Source: Bdellovibrionota bacterium FG-1
GTDB taxonomy: Bacteria > Bdellovibrionota > UBA1018
Assembly (NCBI GenBank): GCA_051382295.1
Contig: JBBCAW010000053.1
Coordinates: forward strand, 1 to 64,000
Direction of reading: 5' to 3'
DNA length: 64,000 nt
Shown: in pieces, positions 39,062-49,294 of the stretch
How the letters are laid out: the number at the start of each line of letters is the position of its first letter
Position numbering within the stretch: position 1 is the first letter of the stretch
The notes under the pieces: generated by a model
Database searches by the model: none
What the model was told of the DNA's origin: nothing
The model's input: the letters and a program-made list of their open reading frames with translations, nothing else
Program-made: the position numbers and the translations under genes

Positions 39062-39607
39062 TTGTCCCACGAAGGCATAAAGCTCGCTGCCTTCCGGCCC
39101 GACTGCGCCTCCGATGCCATTGGAGACCGTCTGATCAAACTCAGTTTCAAGCCACCTAAAGTGGCGGACGGAGTCGCTAACCAAGATATGGCGCTTTGGC
39201 CGACGAACTTAGGTTTGAATGTCTTTCGGTTTCGCGTCCTGCGGGATTTTAATAAACAAATTCGGGTCGGCATGACCTGGGTGCCGATTTCGCATTCCAT
39301 ACCCGAAGGGGTTGCCAGTGGCTTGAATGAGTTTGTCGAGTATTTTCCGTTGGGCTCGTCTGAAGCGACTCATCATCCCAAACCCTTCGTTGCCGCCGGC
39401 TTGGCGCATGCCGCAAGTTTTTCGGGATCTCCTACCTTTAATATTCAAGGTGGATTTACGGTGGGATCTCACTTTGACGAAGCGCATACCCATGATGCCC
39501 GGATAGTGGTGGGCTATTATACCGGTACGGATCCTCGTTCTAAATATTCTGAATTTCTCGGAGGAACGTCGAAATTCACTTACTTGGGCCTTATGTTCAA
39601 TCTTTGA
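39062..39607 (+). pseudogene. Probable fragment of an outer-membrane protein
   Basis: C-terminal beta-strand pattern (RIVVGYYTG...TYLGLMFNL), no signal peptide. Confidence 0.35.
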
Positions 39608-39666
39608 ACCTTGCACTTCTCGCTCTCTTGGGTAAAAATCAGGACTCATCCAGGAGAAATCGAACC

Positions 39667-40059
39667 ATGGGCTTAGAAGAGAAACGAAAGATCAAAGAAT
39701 ATACGGACAAGACCATCCCGGAACGAACCCAGGAATTGGCCGAAATCTGCGGGTGCCCGATTCCCTATGAAATCGCCTGGGAAACATTCTCGGATGACGC
39801 CGAGGCCTTGCGGTTCTTGGATAATGCATCATTTCACCGGACGAATATGGCCTTCCGCGTGATTTGTGCCGACACTCTTGGCAAAGAGGCCGTCAAAGAA
39901 GGGTTAACCCTCATCAAATTACGCAACGTGAAGAACCGCGAAGAAATGAAGATTTCATTCGAGAACAAAGTCCTCGAAATGCACTGCGCCTATGCAATCG
40001 GAGCGCAGGGCATGTGGTCGGATAACGAAATTCGCGAAGCCGTGCTCAAAAAACTCTGA
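39667..40059 (+). CDS. Hypothetical protein
   Basis: AGGAG RBS, 130-aa ORF MGLEEKRKIKEY... Confidence 0.7.
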   Translation: MGLEEKRKIKEYTDKTIPERTQELAEICGCPIPYEIAWETFSDDAEALRFLDNASFHRTNMAFRVICADTLGKEAVKEGLTLIKLRNVKNREEMKISFENKVLEMHCAYAIGAQGMWSDNEIREAVLKKL

Positions 40060-40075
40060 GCCAAAGCTCAAAGAA

Positions 40076-41380
40076 TTACGAAATTCTCCTCACTGCATAC
40101 AGGGGTAAATTTTGGAGCCGATCATCTCGTTTGAAACCCCTCGATGAAATCCGAACCATTCGCTCCGGACTAAATCGCTTCTCGTATTTTTTCAAGCTCG
40201 TCTTTCGCTTATTTTCTCCGGCTTTGACTTCAACCGGAAAAATTCCCTGCTCTTGCTCTTTTTGCTGAAGGACAAAATCGACCTCCGCCCTAGAAGAGTC
40301 CGTCCAATAATACAAAGGTGCCAAATCATTTGCGGTAAGCTCCTGGGCCACCAGATTTTCCGCAAGTGCGCCCTTAAATTCGGTGAAGAGGGCACTGGGT
40401 GACAACACCTGTTTGATATCGAGTCGAGCCATTGCCCCGAGCAGCCCAACATCGAGACAATACGCTTTAAAGGCATCAGGCTCCTGGTAAGCGGCCAAAG
40501 GGAGCTGAGGTTTCTTGAGCGAATAAACCTGAAGTATAAGTCCCGCATCACTTAACCACTGAATGGCCCGCTCATATTCGCGACCGCGAGCTGATTTACC
40601 TAAAAGACTATACGTGAATTTTCTATACTCACGCGCAAGCTGCGCCGGCAAGGATTGCCAGACCGCACTGATCTTCAACGTTTCGGTGGGCTCGGCGTAT
40701 TTTGAAAAATCGAGTCGATACGCCTGCAGGATATTTTCTTGCACTTCCCGACATTGAAGGAGATCTCGAGTGTCAATATAAACCTTAACCGCCTCTGGCA
40801 TGCCCCCTACGACGAGATAGGTCCGTAAAAGATCCATGAGTTCATTGTGAAATATTTCGTCCAAAGGGACGGTGACATCGTGCTTCTGTAAAAGTTCTCG
40901 GTAACCCGACTTCCCGATGGCATCCAAAAACTCTTGAAAATGCATCGGATACAGATGCATGAACTGAACTTTTCCAACGGGGAAAGACCGGGCACCACTC
41001 ATCACCACCCCAAGCAAGGAGCCAGCGGCCGCGACATGAAGCTCGGGAAGTTCCTCCGCAAAGTATTTGAGCGACACTAAAGCATTTGGAGCAGCCTGAA
41101 TTTCATCAAAAAAAAGCAGAGTTTTACCAACCTCAATCTGAACCTCAAGAAGGATAGAGAGCTTCTCGATGAGGTGCTTGGGATCTTTCGATCGTTCAAA
41201 AATGGAATGGGCCTCGGGCATTCGTTCAAAATTGATATAAGCTAATCGCTCGAAATGTTCTCGACCGAAGGCCCGCAAAAGATGAGTCTTGCCAACCTGC
41301 CGTGCGCCCTGAAGGAGCAAAGGCTTTCGATTCGATGCCTGTTTCCAATTCAACAAAGAGGTGACAAAATGTCTATTCAT
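40076..41380 (-). CDS. AAA+ ATPase with DUF4143/PD-(D/E)xK C-terminus
   Basis: GARQVGKT, FFDEIQ, GGMPEAV, DVGLL, AEVDF, PVEVKAG. Confidence 0.9.
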   Translation of the reverse strand: MNRHFVTSLLNWKQASNRKPLLLQGARQVGKTHLLRAFGREHFERLAYINFERMPEAHSIFERSKDPKHLIEKLSILLEVQIEVGKTLLFFDEIQAAPNALVSLKYFAEELPELHVAAAGSLLGVVMSGARSFPVGKVQFMHLYPMHFQEFLDAIGKSGYRELLQKHDVTVPLDEIFHNELMDLLRTYLVVGGMPEAVKVYIDTRDLLQCREVQENILQAYRLDFSKYAEPTETLKISAVWQSLPAQLAREYRKFTYSLLGKSARGREYERAIQWLSDAGLILQVYSLKKPQLPLAAYQEPDAFKAYCLDVGLLGAMARLDIKQVLSPSALFTEFKGALAENLVAQELTANDLAPLYYWTDSSRAEVDFVLQQKEQEQGIFPVEVKAGENKRKTSLKKYEKRFSPERMVRISSRGFKRDDRLQNLPLYAVRRIS

Positions 41381-41545
41381 TTCAATATAATAACAAAAAC
41401 GTGATTTTAATCACATATTAAATCAAAAAAACGTGATTTAGATCTCAAATTATGTATAATGTTGAAGTTATTCAGTAAATTACCGTAATCACGGGCCAAT
41501 TGCGGAATAACTTTTTTAATTCGCAAAAAATAAGGAAGCAACAAA

Positions 41546-41965
41546 ATGAAAGTAACGCGGACAAATCTTACATTCGGTTTTCTTTTAATCATCGCAACAG
41601 CGGCCTCCACTCGTCACGCCACCGCCGCAAACAAAACCCTCACTATTCAGCTCCCACCTCAGCCCTCCGAGTATTTTCAAATCCTATCGCCTCCCACTAG
41701 CGTCACCATGCGCTCAGGCCTCGTTACTCTCGAACCCGGCAAACGGGTTGGCAGGCATCCCACCGGGCAGTTCGAAGAAATGGTCATTCCCCTCGAAGGT
41801 GCGGGCGAAATGGACGTCACTGGAAAAGGCAAAACCCACTTCAAACAAGGACAAGTTCTTTACGCCCCCCCGGGCACGGAACACGATGTGGAAAACATCG
41901 GAAAGACCACGCTTCGTTATATTTATGTGGTCGCAAAAACGCCAACCACTCCCGATAAAAAGTGA
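41546..41965 (+). CDS. Secreted cupin-domain protein
   Basis: Signal peptide; LEPG....H....EE...LEG.G, PPGTEHDVEN. Confidence 0.85.
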   Translation: MKVTRTNLTFGFLLIIATAASTRHATAANKTLTIQLPPQPSEYFQILSPPTSVTMRSGLVTLEPGKRVGRHPTGQFEEMVIPLEGAGEMDVTGKGKTHFKQGQVLYAPPGTEHDVENIGKTTLRYIYVVAKTPTTPDKK

Positions 41966-42834
41966 CTCACCGCCTAGTCCATTTCAAAAACGGCACGACC
42001 TCGGTCCAAGCAACTGAATCTCAAGAAGCCATGCACTCCTCCATTGGACCTTGGACTGAATCGCAGCAAGTCTATATGGCCCCGTCAAACCTCAACCGAC
42101 GCCTCAACCATCCCATTCAAAATCCACTGGTACTCCCACTGGTACTCCCACTGGTACTCTATGATGTCGGAATGGGCCTAGCCACCAATGCCTTAGCTGC
42201 GCTTGAATGTTTTTGGCAAAGCCCACGGCCCAGAGACCTGGTACTCATCAGCTTTGAAAATCAGCTCGAGGGCCTTCAAACCGCCCTCCAAAATGAAGCC
42301 CATTTTCCATTTCTAAGCCAACACCGCCAAACTCTCGATACCCTCATCCGCGACGGACAATGGACATCGAAACCCAATCTCCATGGAAATAAAATCAGCT
42401 GGCAACTGGTCCTAGAAAACTTTGCAACGATCGATCTATCCAAATATCCCGCTCCCGAAGTGATTTTTTTTGATTTCTATTCTCCCAAAGAATCTCCAGA
42501 ACTCTGGACCCTGAACACCTTTCGCCGTCTCTACCAAGCCTGCGCGACTCTCACCGAAATCGGGCAAGAGACAGTACTTTGCACCTACAGCGCCGCTACT
42601 GCCGTTCGCTCTGCCCTACTGCTAGCAGGCTTTTCAGTCGGCAAAGGGGCGCCGACAGGACTCAAAAGCGAAACCACCCTCGCCTCCACTCAACTAAAAA
42701 CCCTTGCATCACCGCTGGATTTACGTTGGCTCGAAAAACTAGCGCGCTCGGACAAACCCTTTCCACCGGATTGGGAGGGCTCGCCTGAAGAAGGACTGCG
42801 CCTAGTTCGAAACCACCTTCAATTCAAAACCTGA
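41962..42834 (+). CDS. MnmC/MnmD-type SAM-dependent methyltransferase
   Basis: MHSSIGP..ES..VY, DVGMGLATN, DFYSPK..PELW, TYSAA..VR.AL...GF. Confidence 0.8.
   Translation: MTHRLVHFKNGTTSVQATESQEAMHSSIGPWTESQQVYMAPSNLNRRLNHPIQNPLVLPLVLPLVLYDVGMGLATNALAALECFWQSPRPRDLVLISFENQLEGLQTALQNEAHFPFLSQHRQTLDTLIRDGQWTSKPNLHGNKISWQLVLENFATIDLSKYPAPEVIFFDFYSPKESPELWTLNTFRRLYQACATLTEIGQETVLCTYSAATAVRSALLLAGFSVGKGAPTGLKSETTLASTQLKTLASPLDLRWLEKLARSDKPFPPDWEGSPEEGLRLVRNHLQFKT
42124..42159 (+). repeat. Perfect 12-bp tandem repeat x3 (CCACTGGTACTC)
   Basis: Read directly; encodes PLVL x3 in frame. Confidence 0.9.
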
Positions 42835-44018
42835 CTCAACGTCGTGGCAATAAAATCAATTTGCTCCCGCCCGATAATCAACGGAGGCGCGAGCCGGATC
42901 GTCTGATCATGAGTTTCTTTGGCCAATAATCCCAGCGCCATCAGTCGCTCACAGAAAGGCCGGGCGGGCCCGGACGACTTTTTGATCTCGATGCCGATAA
43001 ACAAGCCCTGACCTCGCACCTCTTGAATATGGGGCGACGAAATCGCGCGCAATTGTTCGATCAAAATCTGGCCCATTTCGCGTGATTTTTCAGCCAATTT
43101 TTCATCGATCAGCACGGCAAGCGACTCAATTGCCACGGCAGCGGCCAAAGGATTGCCTCCGAAAGTACTCCCATGGTCGCCCGGCTTGAAGACCCCTAAG
43201 ACTTCCCGAGACGCCCCGACCGCCGAAACGGGATACACGCCCCCACCCAAAGCCTTACCTACAATCACCATGTCGGGTTTGGCATCCGATTCATGCTGAT
43301 AGGCAAACATCTTCCCGGTTCGTCCTAAGCCCGTCTGAATTTCGTCGAGCACAAAAAGAACGCGGTTTTTGCGGCAAAGACGACGAGCCTCGTTAAGATA
43401 CCCCGCCGGAGGCACTAAAATCCCCGCCTCGCCCTGAATGGGTTCAACCAAAAAGGCCACCGTGTGAGGCGTAATCGCTTGCTCCAGTTGCTTGGCATCT
43501 CCAAAGTCGATGAGTTTAAAGCCCGGAGTAAACGGACCAAATCCATCCCGATACTGAGACTCGGACGAAAAACCCACGATCGTCGTCGTACGCCCGTGAA
43601 AATTATTACGACAAACAATAATCTCTGCCTGATCAGCGGGTACGCCTTTGACCTGATAGCCCCACTTGCGCGCCGCTTTGATCGCGGTTTCAACCGCCTC
43701 GGCGCCCGTATTCATCGGCAAGGCCATCTCCATCTCCGAAACTTCACAAAAACGGCGCAAAAACCCGCCCATTTTGTCATTATGAAAAGCCCGTGAAGTC
43801 AGGGTTATCTGTGAAGCTTGGTCCACCAAGGCGCGAATAATCCGAGGATGCCGGTGCCCCTGATTGAGGGCCGAATAAGCGCTTAAACAATCGAGGTACT
43901 TGCGCCCCTCGACGTCCCAAACCCAAACCCCTTCGCCTCGAGCGATCACCAAAGGCAATGGCTTGTAGTTGGCAGCACTATACTTTTCAGTTTGAAGAAT
44001 GATTTCTTGGGTTTTCAT
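42819..44018 (-). CDS. rocD: Ornithine-oxo-acid aminotransferase
   Basis: YSALNQGH, LTSRAF, PMNTGAEAVETA.K, DEIQTGLGRTG, HGSTFGGNPL. Confidence 0.95.
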   Translation of the reverse strand: MKTQEIILQTEKYSAANYKPLPLVIARGEGVWVWDVEGRKYLDCLSAYSALNQGHRHPRIIRALVDQASQITLTSRAFHNDKMGGFLRRFCEVSEMEMALPMNTGAEAVETAIKAARKWGYQVKGVPADQAEIIVCRNNFHGRTTTIVGFSSESQYRDGFGPFTPGFKLIDFGDAKQLEQAITPHTVAFLVEPIQGEAGILVPPAGYLNEARRLCRKNRVLFVLDEIQTGLGRTGKMFAYQHESDAKPDMVIVGKALGGGVYPVSAVGASREVLGVFKPGDHGSTFGGNPLAAAVAIESLAVLIDEKLAEKSREMGQILIEQLRAISSPHIQEVRGQGLFIGIEIKKSSGPARPFCERLMALGLLAKETHDQTIRLAPPLIIGREQIDFIATTLSQVLN

Positions 44019-44027
44019 GGGTTTTTT

Positions 44028-45017
44028 TTACCGTACTGGATTTCGAGACAAAATTTGTTTTCCGAAAATACTTTCGACCAATTCAACGGCTAACTCGGCC
44101 GTTTTATTGTGAAGATCAAAGGCGGGGTTCACTTCGACAATATCAAGCGAGCCAATCAACCCAGAATCATGGATCATTTCCATGCAAAGCTGCGCTTCAC
44201 GATAATTGACGCCGCCCGAGACCGTGGTGGGCACTCCAGGCGCAATCGTGGGATCCAAAAAATCCACATCAAAACTCACATGAAGATGTACATTTTCGCG
44301 TTTAGCGTGATTCAGGGCTTTTTCCATGACCGCGCGCATACCGATTTCATCGATCTGGCGCATATCATAAACAATCACGCCACTCTCACCGACCTTAATT
44401 TTTTCGTGAGCATCGACCGAGCGAATCCCGATTTGAATGATATTCGATGCTTCAATAATCGGGCGTTTAAAACCAATATCCAAAAGCCGCGGATGCCCAT
44501 ACCCAGCAAGAACGGCGGCGGGCATGCCATGAATATTTCCCGAAGGCGAAGTCTCCGGCGTATTGAAATCGGCGTGAGCATCCAACCAAAAAACCACCAA
44601 CTGTTTTTGGGTTTCGGCGCAGTACCGAGAAACCCCGGCGATCGAACCAATGGCCATAGCGTGATCGCCACCCATCAACACCGGAAATTCGCCGGCGCAA
44701 AGAGTGTCGTACACTGCATCCCGAACCTTCTCGAGCCAAATCAAAGTTCCATTCAAATTGCGATAGCCACCTTGAGGAGGTTCCATCGGATTAGAGGGGC
44801 CTAAAAGATTACCTCGATCAATGACTTGATGCCCCAGGCTTCGAAGCGCAGCCTCAAAACAAGCGACGCGCAAAGCCTCGGGCCCCATCGCCCCCCCCCG
44901 GGCTCCCGCACCAATATCAGTTGGGGCGCCAATGAGCGTAATCGGGCGTTTGACAGACGAAGATAGGGATTTAGATGGATTGAGAGAGGGTGTGGACATA
45001 GGCCTATTTTCTCTCAT
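44028..45017 (-). CDS. rocF: Arginase
   Basis: GGDH, DAHADFN..SPSGNIHGMP, SFDVDFLDP; start may be 44999. Confidence 0.95.
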   Translation of the reverse strand: MRENRPMSTPSLNPSKSLSSSVKRPITLIGAPTDIGAGARGGAMGPEALRVACFEAALRSLGHQVIDRGNLLGPSNPMEPPQGGYRNLNGTLIWLEKVRDAVYDTLCAGEFPVLMGGDHAMAIGSIAGVSRYCAETQKQLVVFWLDAHADFNTPETSPSGNIHGMPAAVLAGYGHPRLLDIGFKRPIIEASNIIQIGIRSVDAHEKIKVGESGVIVYDMRQIDEIGMRAVMEKALNHAKRENVHLHVSFDVDFLDPTIAPGVPTTVSGGVNYREAQLCMEMIHDSGLIGSLDIVEVNPAFDLHNKTAELAVELVESIFGKQILSRNPVR

Positions 45018-45076
45018 ATCCGAGAGACGGGCTCAAGACATTGAGTATGACTCAGAGCTTCAAAATTCAGATATAT

Positions 45077-46756
45077 TTAAAACCTAAAGATTTTTGCGCC
45101 AAACGTGTCTTGCGCCGCCTCTTGCGTGGCCCGCGCAAGTAATTGTGGATCCGTGAAATGCTGCCCCGAACTCCCGACCCATCCTCGAAGCGCTGCCTCC
45201 CCTTGGGTCAGCCGATCAAGGGTCATGGCAAGTTGGAGCCGTTTAGAGCCCAAACTAGCCTTCACAAAAGCGACTTCTTTGTTGTGCGGATCATTAAGGT
45301 CGGCGCTCGGAAAGGTGGCTAATTTTTTGGCCAACTCGGCGGCCGCATCGAGATCGGAGGACAAGCGAATTCGCCAATTGAGCAGATCGTGTTTAAGAAC
45401 ATCGACCTGAGTGCCCGGGTTGAGTTCCAGACTCGCCATGCCTCGCGAAGAATGAAGCACACCATCATAAGCATAAGTCATCAACCCTTTGATATGTCCT
45501 GAAAGGTCACTGATCGCCCCAAAAACCTGGGCCTCCATTCGACAATCCGGAAGCACGGTCAAGGATCCGCTACCAAAAACGATCGCGCCAGAATTCGTTC
45601 GAGTGTTGACGCCGGCATTTACGGTCGCACCCTGACCACCCGGCCTTTGACTCGAAGGGTCGCCCGCCGTCCTATTGATACTCACAACTCCAGAAAACAC
45701 CGTACTGGGTCCGCTTCTCTTGAAACCCGTCAAACCGACCGACCCGTTCCAATCCTGATTTTTACCCCCATTAGCCCCATCTGCGCGGCGTTCCTCGCCC
45801 GCACTCACAAAGTAGCCAATGTTATCCACAAAAGCGCTCACGCTCGCACCTCGATCATAACCCGCCCCTGGCGCGAACGGATTCACCGAGACACTCGACT
45901 GAGGCTGATGATAGACGCTCAAATCAAGACCCACGATCCCATACCGTCCCGCAAGTGAACTCGCATAACGCGGTTCGAGCCGGTGATCCAGCTGCGTGAA
46001 CTCATTCGTTAAAGCAACCATGCCCTTTGAACCTTTTGAATACCCAAAAACCAGACGACCACGTCCCTTAGGGTCTAACGAAAAACCCAAATCCGTAGCA
46101 TGGCCGGAAAGATCTAAAACAAAACCTTTGTTTTGCCGCGGGGACAAAATAGGGGCATTCAAATCCACCGCACCCGCATCACTCGCCGCCACCGCGGCCG
46201 CCCCGCCCAGCCCGCCTAAAACGATCGCTTCCTTTTGATGCTGCGACGAAAGGTTGAGGCGCCCAATCGTCCCATACGCCACTAAATCAGCCGTCTCATA
46301 AAGTTCCGGTATTTTAACCGCCACGTTGTTCAATTGTCCCAACGCCGTGATTGCAGTCGCCGGTTTGGAGTCCTTAACTGGAACCTCTAACGCCATTGTT
46401 CCATTTTCAGTGTAGAATTGCCCACCTTCGTGGGAGAGCTGAGTCATACTGCTCCCCATCGCGCGAATCCATGACCCAGGCAAAAGCTCAAAAGCGCGCA
46501 CCGTGCTCGGGCGAAGGGTTTTCGGATCTCCTACGGTATCAAAAATAAAACCCCAGGGACTCGTGCTTCGATCACTTTCCCACTCCCCCCGTAAATTGGG
46601 ATAAACCGAGCTAAATAGAAAGGGGGGTGGGTATGTTGATGAAAATGAACTCTCGGCAAAATCGTCCGCCCTGGCCTCAGTCCAAGAAATCAAAACCAAT
46701 CCACAGGACAGAAAAAAGAAGCCGAGGCTTTTTAAGAGAGTGCGGAAATAGCTCAT
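45077..46756 (-). CDS. Large secreted hypothetical protein
   Basis: 559 aa; signal peptide, Gly-rich beta region, helical C-terminus. Confidence 0.6.
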   Translation of the reverse strand: MSYFRTLLKSLGFFFLSCGLVLISWTEARADDFAESSFSSTYPPPFLFSSVYPNLRGEWESDRSTSPWGFIFDTVGDPKTLRPSTVRAFELLPGSWIRAMGSSMTQLSHEGGQFYTENGTMALEVPVKDSKPATAITALGQLNNVAVKIPELYETADLVAYGTIGRLNLSSQHQKEAIVLGGLGGAAAVAASDAGAVDLNAPILSPRQNKGFVLDLSGHATDLGFSLDPKGRGRLVFGYSKGSKGMVALTNEFTQLDHRLEPRYASSLAGRYGIVGLDLSVYHQPQSSVSVNPFAPGAGYDRGASVSAFVDNIGYFVSAGEERRADGANGGKNQDWNGSVGLTGFKRSGPSTVFSGVVSINRTAGDPSSQRPGGQGATVNAGVNTRTNSGAIVFGSGSLTVLPDCRMEAQVFGAISDLSGHIKGLMTYAYDGVLHSSRGMASLELNPGTQVDVLKHDLLNWRIRLSSDLDAAAELAKKLATFPSADLNDPHNKEVAFVKASLGSKRLQLAMTLDRLTQGEAALRGWVGSSGQHFTDPQLLARATQEAAQDTFGAKIFRF

Positions 46757-46771
46757 TCAACCGATTAAGAA

Positions 46772-46787
46772 AGCAAATCCCGGACCA
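46772..46787 (-). promoter_or_regulatory. Possible sigma54 promoter
   Basis: TGGTCCGGGATTTGCT (GG-N10-GC) just upstream of the 46756 gene. Confidence 0.4.
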
Positions 46788-46897
46788 TAAATTGATCAAC
46801 AAATTCAATGTCTTTTATTTAATATTGATCCATTCCCTGAACATGTAACAAAGAGGTGACTGATCTTTAGACACCCCAAAAAAAAAACACCATTCAA

Positions 46898-47203
46898 TTA
46901 ATGAGAGTTCTTGTCTCCAGGGTTGGTGCCGGCATTGATTTCGTCAATAGTGGAAACACCATCACCGTCGGAATCGAGCGCTTCAATCGCCTTAAAATCA
47001 AATTTATCGCCTGCCTTAGTTTTTTGCAAATCGATCCCGTAGCCATTCAACTGACTTCCCGATGTATGACAAACCTTGCAATTCACTGAAAGTTTAGTCG
47101 CTGGATAAGCCGCCTTAAAAGCCGTCATCTGCTGAGGCTTGGCAAAGGACATCGAAGGCGCAAAAACAAAAACTAACGCCAAAACAGTAATTAAGTTTTT
47201 CAT
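46898..47203 (-). CDS. Small monoheme c-type cytochrome with DxDGDG motif
   Basis: Signal peptide, CKVCH..LNGYG, LDSDGDG...DEI.AGTNPGD. Confidence 0.8.
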   Translation of the reverse strand: MKNLITVLALVFVFAPSMSFAKPQQMTAFKAAYPATKLSVNCKVCHTSGSQLNGYGIDLQKTKAGDKFDFKAIEALDSDGDGVSTIDEINAGTNPGDKNSH

Positions 47204-47397
47204 ATCATTTCTCACTTTCTTGATGAGGTCTTTAGCAAATAAGATTTCGCCGCACAATATGACATTAAATTGATTTTCATCCCTGGGAATTTTTGTCCCA
47301 CCAGACGGAACCCATGAGCCAGTTAGTCCATTTTAACGCCAACGCTTCTTGAGTCAGACCTAGTCGCACTGCATGCCCCATGTTAATATGAAAGATC

Positions 47398-48120
47398 ATG
47401 CGGAAAATGAAAACTCACCTCCCCCGCCTTTTTAAACTTTCCGCCTATGCGGTCATTAGTTTTTGTGCACTGGTTCCACTGACCTTTATCGGGGTTTTCC
47501 AACAAACACGTCTCGCGCAAGACACCGTGAATACGTTGGCCCTCAACCTCGCAACACTTTCTAATCAAGCAAGACACGGTGAAATTTCGCCGGCAGTTGC
47601 GGTAACCTGGATTCGAAACCATGAGCTGGTCCTGTGGGCAAACTACCTTAAACAGAATCAAATAGTCGCCCACGCCGGATTTTCTCCGCGCTTGATCAAC
47701 TCCACTCACACCCAAGATATTCAACTCGATCCAGATCGGTCCTTTCAGAAACAATTACCCAAACCCCATTTCCAACTCAATCCTCGGTCGGAATACCGGT
47801 TCATCCTCCCCATTTCCTGGAACCCGCAGCAAGAAGAACGACTTGAACTCGGCGCATCCTACGGAACCCTGTTCTCCGCCGCCAAGGATGCCTTCGTTCT
47901 CTCATCGGCTCTTTTTACGGCGGCATTCATCTTTCTTTTTGGCACCGTCATATTTGTCGATGCTTATGTTTCCAGTTTTACCTTACGAGTGATTCGCGCA
48001 ATCCGAACCCATTCGTCACCCGCCGATTTTTCGAAGGACCTTGGAATTCCGCAGGACCTTTCCCCCACTTTCAGTTCACTCATGGAAACCCTGGAACATC
48101 GCACGGAGTGTGCCCCATGA
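47398..48120 (+). pseudogene. Membrane sensor N-terminal region (TM-periplasmic-TM), 3'-truncated
   Basis: Two TM segments and a short linker, then reads into the antisense of the cytochrome gene. Confidence 0.5.
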
Positions 48121-48611
48121 CAATCGAAACACAACGGAGCATGCTTATCGCCCAGCATCGCTTTTCTAAAATGGATCGATTGCTCGAACTCACTTGGAAC
48201 ATGGGGGGCGAATAAAAAGACCTTCGCGATGGTCTGGTCTTGGTGACAACGCATACAGGGCACATCCACGGGGTGAATCACGGCCGGGATCAGATCGGCT
48301 TTTGCGACATTCTGTGGATTATTGACAAAGTGGTTACTCTCGTGACAAGTGAGGCACACGGCTCCTTCGGGAAGGTTCTTCAATAACCCTGCTTGACCGT
48401 GAATACTGGCATTGAGATCTCGGAGCTGATCCACGTGACACCCAACACACTTGGGGGCTAATGTTCCGTGAATCGCAAGGTGAGGAAATCTGCCCAAAAT
48501 GGCCTGATCAACCGCTTGCATCTCCACCGCGGTGGGTGCCGGGGCGGCCGTTACGAGGGTCGCCCCCAGACTCATGAACAAACAGAGACCCATCATGATG
48601 CAAATTCTCAT
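47964..48611 (-). pseudogene. Multiheme c-type cytochrome, 3'-truncated (4 CxxCH remain)
   Basis: CVGCH, CLTCH, CMRCH, CFDCH; after GAHSV the frame is antisense of the convergent gene. Confidence 0.65.
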
Positions 48612-48618
48612 ACCTACC

Positions 48619-49239
48619 TCAACGTTGGCGATGCATTGCAAGTTCTACTGTCGCTGATAATAGGCTTCCAGAGACGATTCCTGCAATCGCAAACAAGAAC
48701 CCCACCGCTAAAAATCCAGTGGCGGCCGCATAGGCATGACTGAGATCGAAGTCGAAGATTCCGCCCATGCTGATGACCAGTTGACCCGGAAACAGATGCT
48801 CCACACGTTTGGTCAAAGAATGGATCGGGGTGTTTCCCTGATAAACAAACAGGGCCAAGGCCCCCACCGCTCCAATGAGCGCGCCGATATTGGTTTTCTG
48901 GCACGCTTCGAGTTTCAGATTTTTTCCGGTCATTACGGCAAGCACCCGGGAGACTGTTTCCTGAATGTGAAGTTGCCGGAGCGCCCAGCCCGCAAAATAA
49001 CTGACTGAGAGTCCAAGAAGGATGCCCTGAAAAAATGTCAGGACGGTGGCTGCGCCAAGAATGGCCAATTTGACAGTCAGGGCAAGGACCGGGGTCTGAA
49101 TCGCTTCAGAAAAAAGAGTAGCAGGAACCGCCGCCATGAACAGCGAGACGGGAAGCATAACAAAAGTCAGCAAGGTCCCTACGAAAAGTCCCATACGATC
49201 TGTTCCATTCAATCCTTTGGTCAATCCTTCGGTTTTCAT
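48619..49239 (-). CDS. Hypothetical membrane protein (~4 TM)
   Basis: Hydrophobic segments; AGGAG RBS; sigma54 site upstream. Confidence 0.65.
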   Translation of the reverse strand: MKTEGLTKGLNGTDRMGLFVGTLLTFVMLPVSLFMAAVPATLFSEAIQTPVLALTVKLAILGAATVLTFFQGILLGLSVSYFAGWALRQLHIQETVSRVLAVMTGKNLKLEACQKTNIGALIGAVGALALFVYQGNTPIHSLTKRVEHLFPGQLVISMGGIFDFDLSHAYAAATGFLAVGFLFAIAGIVSGSLLSATVELAMHRQR

Positions 49240-49278
49240 AAAATTACTCCTGTTTGTTGTTGTCACACCTAGACATAA

Positions 49279-49294
49279 AGCAACCGGCGTGCCG
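49279..49294 (-). promoter_or_regulatory. Sigma54 -24/-12 promoter
   Basis: Minus strand CGGCAC-GCCGG-TTGCT. Confidence 0.7.

Noticed and set aside
35135..42000. attR duplicate of the tRNA 3' end, or an integrase
   Set aside because: None found by eye; the island's right boundary is undefined
47266..47285. FNR-like site TTGAT-TTTC-ATCCC upstream of the small cytochrome
   Set aside because: Second half-site is poor; not supportable without a motif model
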